The notes under the pieces are model-generated. The model was not told where the DNA came from. It saw only the letters and a list, made by a program, of their open reading frames with translations, and did no database searches. The position numbers and the translations under genes are program-made. Shown piece after piece: positions 58,001 through 64,000 of a DNA stretch of 64,000 nucleotides (position 1 is its first letter; the number at the start of each line of letters is the position of its first letter). The DNA comes from Rebecca billardiae RCC1528. Its lineage: Eukaryota > Protista > Haptophyta. The stretch lies in NCBI GenBank assembly GCA_965240325.2, contig OZ251255.1, positions 248,001 to 312,000 on the forward strand. The letters are read 5' to 3'.

Positions 58001-60812
58001 AGGCCTGGTCCATGGTCACGATGACGAGAGCGCCGTCGGACGTGGGCGGCTGCGCCGGCGGCGGCGGCAGCGAGGACTGGAGCGGGGCGGGCGGCACGTG
58101 GAGGCCGGACGCGGCGATGGTGGGCGACGGCGAGTCGTCGTCCGGGATGAAGACGGCGCATGCGAGATCGCGGCCGTGCAGAGGAACGAGCTTGTCGCCG
58201 TACAGCAGGTACCGGCCGCCCTGCGCGTGGATCGGGGTGGCGCCGGACATGAAGGTGGTCGGCGCCGCGAGCGAGATGAACGAGATGCCGAGGCGGGTCA
58301 GCCAAGTGTCGCTCATGTAGAAGCCCGGGACGTCTGGAGAGAGCGGGACGTCCATGAGCGGCAGCGTGATGAGGTCGCCGTCGATCGAGCGCATGCCGAG
58401 GGCGAACGAGGCCGAGGTGTTGATCTTGATCCGCGTGCCGTTCGCCGCGCGCGCCTCCGAGAACTGGCGGAAGGACTTGGCGGCAAACCGAGAGAACGCG
58501 GTCGAGGCGATGGTGGTGTCCGCGCCGGTGTCGATCATGATCGAGATGCTCGCCTGGGCGATGTCGCCTGTGAACGGCGTGCCGATGGCGAAGGAGATCG
58601 TCGAGTGCACGTTCTCAATCTCCTCCGGATCGGCGAGCAACGGCTGCTGGATGCAGGTCGGGTTGATCGGGTCAAACGAGCGGGAGACGCCGCAGATGAT
58701 GGGCGGGCCGGTGCGGGCGCAGCAGGTGACCGCGGTGAGGATCGAGATGATGGCGAGGACGGCGAGTGCGACGAGGAAGAGGAAGGCACCGTGCGAGGAC
58801 TTGAAGAGCGCGCGGAGCCGACCCTCGTGCTTGAACCGCGGCGGCGGCGGCTCGTACCGGACGATCAGGTCATCGATGTAGGCGCCGGCGTCACCGAAAG
58901 ACCGTGCGCGATGGATCTCGGCCTCGGCCGCGGCGGCTGCGGCGAGGAACTCGTACGGGCTGAGCGTGAGCGGCTCTCCGGCGAGCTGGCCGAGGTGGCC
59001 GAGCGGGTAGGTGTAGTTGCCCGCGGTGGAGACGTCGTCCAGGCTGGGGCAGTCGTCGGACGTGTCCGAGGCCGCGTCCGAAGCCGAGGTCGTGGACGAG
59101 GGAGTGCACGGGACAAGGTCCGGCAGCTCATCGTCCGTCTCCGAGGCCGAGTCGGAGGCGGAGTCGTCGCGGTCGTCCGGGGGGTTGGCGAGACGGAACG
59201 GCTTGAGGTGGAACGGCTCGTAGGAGGCGGGCTTGCGGATGGACTGGCGCAACGCCATGATGAGCACATTCTGGCCGCGCTCGAGCTCGGCCGCCGTCGC
59301 GAGCTGGATCGGGGAGCCGGCCTCAGACGCCGGCGGCGACGGCGAGTCGACCTGCGTCGGCGGCGACGGCGGGCCGAAGGGCGGCGGCGGCGAGCTGGCC
59401 TGCGTCGGCGGGTCGAACAGTGGCGGCGGCGGCGAGTAGAGCGCCGGCTGCTGGTCGTTGAGCGACAGCGCCGGCTGCTGCGAGTCGGCAAGCGGCGGCA
59501 GCGGCGGCGTGTTGGTGAGCGCCGGCTGCGAGTTGGAGTGCGCCCGCGACAGCTGCGGGTCGGCGGGCGGCGGCGAGTTGGCGGGCGCCGGCGGCGGCGG
59601 CGGCGCGCCGGCGGGCTGCCGCGACGACGGCGTGAGGACGAGCGTCGGCAGCGAGTTGAAGCGCGCCCGCGACAGCGGCGAGTCGGCGGGCGGCTGCGAG
59701 TTGGCGGGCGGCGGCGGCGGCGCGTCGGCGTCGGTCGCCGCCGGCTGCGAGTTGGGGCCTGACGCCGAGCCCGAGATGGAGATGGCGTTGAGCGTCGGCG
59801 TGCCGTCCTGGATGAGCCGCACGCGCGTCGTGGTCGCCGACGGCTTCGCCCGCTGCGGCGTCGGCTGCGGCTGCGACTGCGAGGGCGCGGAGGGCACGCG
59901 CTGGAGCTTGTTGGACTTGTGAGTCGGGCGGCGCGCGCCGCCGGAGCGAGCGTCGGCTGCGGGCGTCGCGCCCGAGGAGCGCGAGGTGGACGTCTGGGGG
60001 CGGTTCGGGCAGTCGCGGTTCCAGTGCATGCCGCCGCAGTACTTGCACGGGGTAGGAGGCATGGATGCGCCGGGCTGGCCCTTGGAGGTGAGCGCGTTGA
60101 CGGCCTGGCGGTTGGGGTTCGTGCCGTTGGCGGCGGCGGCGACGCGGTCGAGATCGTGCACGCGCTCGATGAGATCCTCCACCGAGATGGGCTGGTCGTT
60201 CATCGTCGCGATCACCGAGCTGACGAAGGACGGGTTGCGGCCGTAGAGGTTCACGAGGATCACGACGAGCGTGAAGATGTCGTCCTTGATCTCGACGCCG
60301 CGCAGCTCCGTGGCGTTGGACATCACACGAGCAGCAAAGGTGTGGAAGCTCTCGCTCGGCGACAGCTTGATCGAGAGCAGGGCGTACAGCTTGGCGACGA
60401 GCGAGGAGGGGCGGGAGCTGTTGCAGCGCACGTTGAGCGCGTTGACGAGATGAGACAGCTCGAGCCCGAGACCCGAGTGCTGCAACTGCGCGATGATCGG
60501 GTCGAGGATGCGAGGAGCGACCGCCTTGAGAAGCAACTGCACGATGAAAGCCTGCGTGCGCAGCTGCTTGGCCTGGATGGTGGCGGCGGCGGTGGACGGG
60601 GGGCAGACGATGGGCTTGTCCGCGCCGGTATCGTCCTTGCCCGGCTCGAGGGGCGAGGACGGGTTGGAGAACGCGAGCGCGACGTCCATGTCCGGCTTCG
60701 ACGTGACCATGACCACAAGAACGGAGATGGCCGTGCGGAGGTCCTGCGGCTTGAGGACGAGAGCTCGCGGCGGGAGCTGGTCACGCATGTCGCCACCCGG
60801 CGGCTCCGCCAT
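55056..60812 (-). CDS. gag-pol: Copia-B single gag-pol polyprotein (1918 aa)
   Basis: CKYCGGMHWNRDC, IDTGAD, HLRLGH..DCSC, VHVD/RVDGA/AERF, RFKARVVGKG, LYGLKQSGRNW, IYVDD, DADYA, KHIDVQYH. Confidence 0.96.
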   Translation of the reverse strand: MAEPPGGDMRDQLPPRALVLKPQDLRTAISVLVVMVTSKPDMDVALAFSNPSSPLEPGKDDTGADKPIVCPPSTAAATIQAKQLRTQAFIVQLLLKAVAPRILDPIIAQLQHSGLGLELSHLVNALNVRCNSSRPSSLVAKLYALLSIKLSPSESFHTFAARVMSNATELRGVEIKDDIFTLVVILVNLYGRNPSFVSSVIATMNDQPISVEDLIERVHDLDRVAAAANGTNPNRQAVNALTSKGQPGASMPPTPCKYCGGMHWNRDCPNRPQTSTSRSSGATPAADARSGGARRPTHKSNKLQRVPSAPSQSQPQPTPQRAKPSATTTRVRLIQDGTPTLNAISISGSASGPNSQPAATDADAPPPPPANSQPPADSPLSRARFNSLPTLVLTPSSRQPAGAPPPPPAPANSPPPADPQLSRAHSNSQPALTNTPPLPPLADSQQPALSLNDQQPALYSPPPPLFDPPTQASSPPPPFGPPSPPTQVDSPSPPASEAGSPIQLATAAELERGQNVLIMALRQSIRKPASYEPFHLKPFRLANPPDDRDDSASDSASETDDELPDLVPCTPSSTTSASDAASDTSDDCPSLDDVSTAGNYTYPLGHLGQLAGEPLTLSPYEFLAAAAAAEAEIHRARSFGDAGAYIDDLIVRYEPPPPRFKHEGRLRALFKSSHGAFLFLVALAVLAIISILTAVTCCARTGPPIICGVSRSFDPINPTCIQQPLLADPEEIENVHSTISFAIGTPFTGDIAQASISIMIDTGADTTIASTAFSRFAAKSFRQFSEARAANGTRIKINTSASFALGMRSIDGDLITLPLMDVPLSPDVPGFYMSDTWLTRLGISFISLAAPTTFMSGATPIHAQGGRYLLYGDKLVPLHGRDLACAVFIPDDDSPSPTIAASGLHVPPAPLQSSLPPPPAQPPTSDGALVIVTMDQASQTADLAPDDDTFCDECCVEFKDTDELSRVAHLRLGHAHAAAVNRTLAASKHLGARNLKSDCSCALAKMKRNSFTSTSPRSEKAFVLVHVDVAGYVDGKFIVNPDDFAKFYVIVFVDDYTRAGFIYFLDRRSDAPEAMRRFIDDMSVYGRTVSRFRVDGAPELNSTDWEGICRAHGIAPNQVTPPDTPQHNPIAERFIQTLFNAARSILFHSKLRIDAYAKDALRHAAYIIRRIATPVTFDKTPFELLRGFPPDLAQLRVFGCVAYVVPPNTHFKKLDPRAVMGVYVGHGDDGHMVNVPPKNRTRYTKAIIVRVPGDGQIVPDMFIISHHVRFDEDTLYVDHPDAAHIVRDPLAAAPQLPPTSPPLDLHAADVGNGGSSHGAVRRRDGAGAFGHAERVGDAPHAYVGDADDDAAGAEDSLDVDNALNDDDPPSSRTRARAHVNSVASPTYSKLPRIYALLLAIGLSDTPTAVQALNGPHATQFAAALDAEYASILANDTWVEVPRKPGMRTLKAAPVFNIKRDKKGNIKRFKARVVGKGFTQIEGIDYDETFSSVVRYETLKMIIAIAAAKQRRLFHGDFTTAYLNAPIDYEIYLELPLGYKPKTKGDVVLRLLKSLYGLKQSGRNWRLMIDDWMKEYGFAQSQADPCLYVLNTQSGIIAVCIYVDDMLILDDSDDPTACDHFISKITSSYKMTITADIDGYLSATLTRSKDGIMVTVTKNILELLEKTGFMNCNTSDTPMTEGLKLGPCSESDALDAETTTFFRSVVGSLIHITQFRPDIAYAVGTLTHFMSKPGKKHLEAAKRVIRYLAGTPNHGLFFRSGSDVMLVAYVDADYANDLHDERKSVTGYVMHLCGSTVSGRREKQRTTALSSTEAEYMAVTSAGKEIIFMRKLLTDLGYPQLAPTKLFEDNKAVVDLTDNEKYHNRTKHIDVQYHWNRQHARAGTFKLFLIPGTENPADIMTKPLGPAAFLKLRAQILGM

Positions 60813-60867
60813 GTCAAAGGGTGAAGAGAGCGACGGGGCCGTGAGGCCCGAGGCGTGACGCTGAGGC

Positions 60868-60891
60868 GTTCGACACCCCGCGGCTCCACCA
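60868..60891 (-). promoter_or_regulatory. Primer-binding site complementary to the 3' 24 nt of a tRNA-Ala
   Basis: + strand GTTCGACACCCCGCGGCTCCACCA reads as T-loop, T-stem, acceptor strand with U70 and A73, then CCA. Confidence 0.85.
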
Positions 60892-61217
60892 TGTCAAAGG
60901 GTGAAGAGAGCGACGGGGCCGTGAGGCCCGAGGCGTGACGCTGAGGCTCGTCGATGCGAAGGACGAGGAGCTAGGAGTTCGACTCGAGGTGCGGTGAAGC
61001 GACACGAAAACTGAACTGCCCTGGCGAGGAAGGAATCCCGAGCCGTCTAAGACTGTGCTGGAGGCACTGATAGCCATCAACGGGTAAGTCGGGAAAGTGG
61101 CCATGATGGGCGCGTGTATGATCCCGACTCGATAATGAATGTCGGTGTAGTGTGACGGTTGGTGATCCGGGTGTGTACGCACGGGAGAGCGAGTCCGGGT
61201 AACGTTGGATCTTGACA
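60892..61217 (-). repeat. Copia-B 5' LTR
   Basis: Direct repeat of 54464-54789. Confidence 0.96.
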
Positions 61218-62509
61218 CAATGAATTCAATGAATCCGAATTCAACGTTTTTCCGACTCTCCCAAATGGCGCCTAAATGCAGTGGATCGCGCTCCAGCAGC
61301 TCAAGGCCGCGCTCAAGCAATCCGATCGCGGTGCAGGCTATGCTCTGCCACCAACGCCGACTTCGTGTCGACGATCGGGCACTGCCGCCGACGAATCAGT
61401 AGGTGGGTCCCTCCCAACTGGGGCGATATTCTGGCGCACTCAGAATGGCGTCCTAGATTTCGTCTCTCACCCAGAATCGACGCTATAAATGCGTCCCATC
61501 GGGGCGGAGCAAAAGTTTCGACCTCAAAACCTACTCCGCGTGCCATCGCGCGGCCGAGCGCGCGCGCGCCGCGCCACTAGTCACTAATCAGGAGACCCGC
61601 GTCGTCCTACCTGTGTCGTTAAATCATAGAATGAGTCTAGAGGCGCTGAATGTGACCCTACAGCGTGTCAGACTTCCTCCGAGTCGGCGGCGGCGCTGGC
61701 TCAGACACCCTGCTCGAGGTCCTGCACCCGTGCAGCAGGGTCTCCGTGCAGGACCTCGCTCGGCGCACGCGTGCGCGCAGCCGAGTGAGCCGTGACGCTG
61801 CCGTGGCCTTGTCGGCGGCCTTTGCCAAGAGCCGAGAATTCTCGCGGTCCGTTGGCGAGGCGGAGGTCCCTAAAGAGCGCCGATGGCCGAGTGCGGCGCT
61901 TGATGTACTTGGCGGCATCATCCACAGCAGTCCTCAGCCACTAGCCAGTCCGCAGCTCACTGGACGCCGATGCACCGGTGACGCCCGCTAGGTCGCGCCG
62001 TCGCGGTGCTGTGGAACTTAGCCGATCCGACGAACTCCAGCACACAGTCCGATTCTGAGTTCTGACGAGTCTGCGTGAATCTGCTGCTTGCTTATTGATG
62101 ATGCCGTGTATGGGGGCGGAATGGGTGCATGTTGTGCGCACTGCTACAGTCCATGAGTCATGACTCGCCGTCGGTGGCCCCGCGGTCACAGCCCCGCACG
62201 CCGCGCTCGGCGCGCACGCGGCAGCGCTGCACACACAGTATTACTAGTCACTGCTACTACTGGTCAGGAAATCATTGAATCCTGCCGCGATTCAGTGTCA
62301 ATGAATTCAATGATTCATTGAATTTTATTTTTCATTGATTCAATGTTCGGCATCCCTGCTGCGGCGGGCAAGACTTGCTGTGGCTAAAATCCCCTTTTTA
62401 CCCCGGGCGAGAAAATCCAATCTACTCTACTTAATCGTGTCGTAAAGTGGATCCGCGCGGCAGGTGCGTGAGCAATAAGAAAATGCCCACAATTCGGACT
62501 TTCCCTATG

Positions 62510-62600
62510 AAAAGTCAGCGGATCGACGCTTTTTACTCCGAAAGTCAGCGGATCGAGGGGTTTTACTCCGAAAGTCAGCGGATCGCCGGCTTTTACCCCG
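62510..62600. repeat. 30-bp tandem repeat x3
   Basis: AAAGTCAGCGGATCGnnnnnTTTTACTCCG units. Confidence 0.9.
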
Positions 62601-64000
62601 CGTACCCGTGGTTGGGACAGTCTTCGCACATATTTGCTGCGACAGTAGATAGTGCCAATCCACGTGTGAGGTATGCGTTTGTCCTTTCCTGCTTGAGTTG
62701 CCGCTATTTGGGCCCCGCGCGGCCATGAGTATTGATCAATATAAACAGCGGGGGCCTGGCGGCCTTGTCCCGGTGGGGCTGGTCGAACACAGCGCGTCTA
62801 GGACGCGACGGAGAAGCTTCCCATGGCCGGCAGACCCGACGACGATGGGACGAGTTGGCCAGTAGTTCAGCGCTGTAGAACGGTATCATCCGGTGGCGCG
62901 CCACCGTCGCGCGTGCGATTAAGCGCGGCACTTCTGCACGGTTCTGCAAGGCCCACCGAGGCGCACGGCGAGGCGCGCGTCGATGCAGTCGTCGCTGCGC
63001 ACGGCCGCTCGGGCACGACGGCACGGCAACGGCACGCACCGCGGATGGCCCACCGGTCTGCAGGCGCGGGGCGACTGCAGGCGCGGGGCGAGCGGCGCAG
63101 GCCGGCACGGGCCGCAGGGCACAACCGACTCGGCCAGCGTAGACTCCTGCAGCCGTCGCTGAGCACGGCCCGTCGGGCACGACGTGGTACAACGGCTCGC
63201 GACGGTGTGCATGTTGTGTTGTGCAGCTCGCGCCGGCGGGCACGCACCTCCGCGATGGCGCCGCGAGCCGCGGGCGGCGCGGGTGACGGACGAGCCAGGG
63301 CGAGTAGTAGTCGGGCAAGTCGGCGAGCGGGTGGCTTATGGTAGGCTTGTGGTACGAGCTTCTCCATGAGCCCGTTCGTGCACGTCATCTGATGCGGTTG
63401 CGGCTGCTTGATCGCCGCCACGTGCCGCTGGATCTCCGCCAGATTGGCGCAGTTCCTCGCGACGCCGACGATGGCATCTGGCGCTGGGTTCGGCGGAGGC
63501 CCGCGGACAGCTGATCCTCGTCGCGCGCATGTGTGCGAGCGCGAGTGCTGGCAGCGTCGTCGAGCCACGCCGGCTGAGCGCTATCTGCGTGTCGCGCGCG
63601 GCCTTATTCGCCTCCTGCAGCAGCGCGCGCTCGTCCGTCATACTCAATCGTGTGTGCCGAGCGCACGCGGCGCGGCGGCGCACGCACTCGTGCGTCGCGG
63701 TTCCTCGACTTGCTTGGGGAGCGGATGGTCGTAGAAAAGCGTCAACAAATAGGTGAGAATCGCAACGACATCCCTATGGCGCGCGCTCAAAAAGGTAACG
63801 ACATGCGTTCTCGAATCCCGCGGCGCGCGTAATCAAAAAACGTTTGAGGCCCCATTCTTCGTATTCCTACTCAGGTATTACTTGGGACAGCAGTACGTCA
63901 CACACAATTAAGGTGGCACCTCTGGAAAACAGACGGCGGGAGGCAAGCTGATGGCGAAGAAACAGCCCCGGCGTCGCGTTCGCTCGAGGCTCGGAGGCCC

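Larger units (their letters stand above)
54464..61217 (-). mobile_element. Full-length Ty1/copia LTR retrotransposon (copia-B)
   Basis: Two 326-bp LTRs with TGTCAA..TTGACA ends, TSD CAATG (54459-54463, 61218-61222), polypurine tract at ~54790-54798, PBS 60868-60891. Confidence 0.97.
54386..62358. mobile_element. Non-autonomous hAT element (~1.2 kb once the nested copia is removed)
   Basis: TIR CAGGGATGCTGGA / CAGGGATGCCGAA (11/13; Ac-like CAGGGATG), perfect 8-bp TSD CTGCGGCG (54378-54385, 62359-62366), subterminal TTCAATGAA/TTCATTGAA arrays at both ends. Confidence 0.93.

Noticed and set aside
56793-59762. Long antisense ORFs over copia-B and host genes (e.g. 989 aa; also 47826-50345)
   Set aside because: Shadow frames caused by extreme GC3 bias; no motifs.
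60868-60891. tRNA or tmRNA gene, or integrase att site
   Set aside because: Only the 3' 24 nt with encoded CCA are present, directly abutting an LTR, which fits a PBS.
62510-62600. CRISPR-like array
   Set aside because: Only about 5 variable nt per 30-bp unit, so no true spacers; eukaryotic context and no cas genes.

Overview
Very GC-rich, gene-dense eukaryotic nuclear DNA. Spliceosomal introns with GTGCGC/GTGTGT donors, bipartite plastid-targeting presequences and CCCTAA repeats inside introns suggest a haptophyte alga, possibly Pavlovales (inference). About 15 host genes occupy 13-54 kb: F-box/beta-helix, WS/DGAT, rubredoxin RBD1, HpcH aldolase, HCF107/Mbb1-like, CREST membrane protein, two unknowns, PLB1-like lipase, malate dehydrogenase with an extra N-terminal domain, hemerythrin, F-box-RCC1, Munc13/PATROL1-like, GST and a copper monooxygenase. 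Two very young, unrelated full-length Ty1/copia LTR retrotransposons flank this block. Each is nested near the left end of a non-autonomous hAT-like DNA transposon, and each sits at the exact centre of a 17-bp palindrome. Copia-A has TG..TA termini, no standard primer-binding site (PBS), an integrase lacking the HHCC finger, and an in-frame C_CCA_AAC slippery site that would put a -1 frameshift between protease and integrase. Copia-B has a 24-nt tRNA-Ala PBS, a duplicated U5-PBS whose second copy supplies the first in-frame gag ATG, and a YIDD-like remnant plus a transmembrane helix inside its polyprotein. Two further terminal-inverted-repeat (TIR) elements and many microsatellites are present. 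Exon boundaries were placed by eye and family calls come from recalled motifs; no searches were run.
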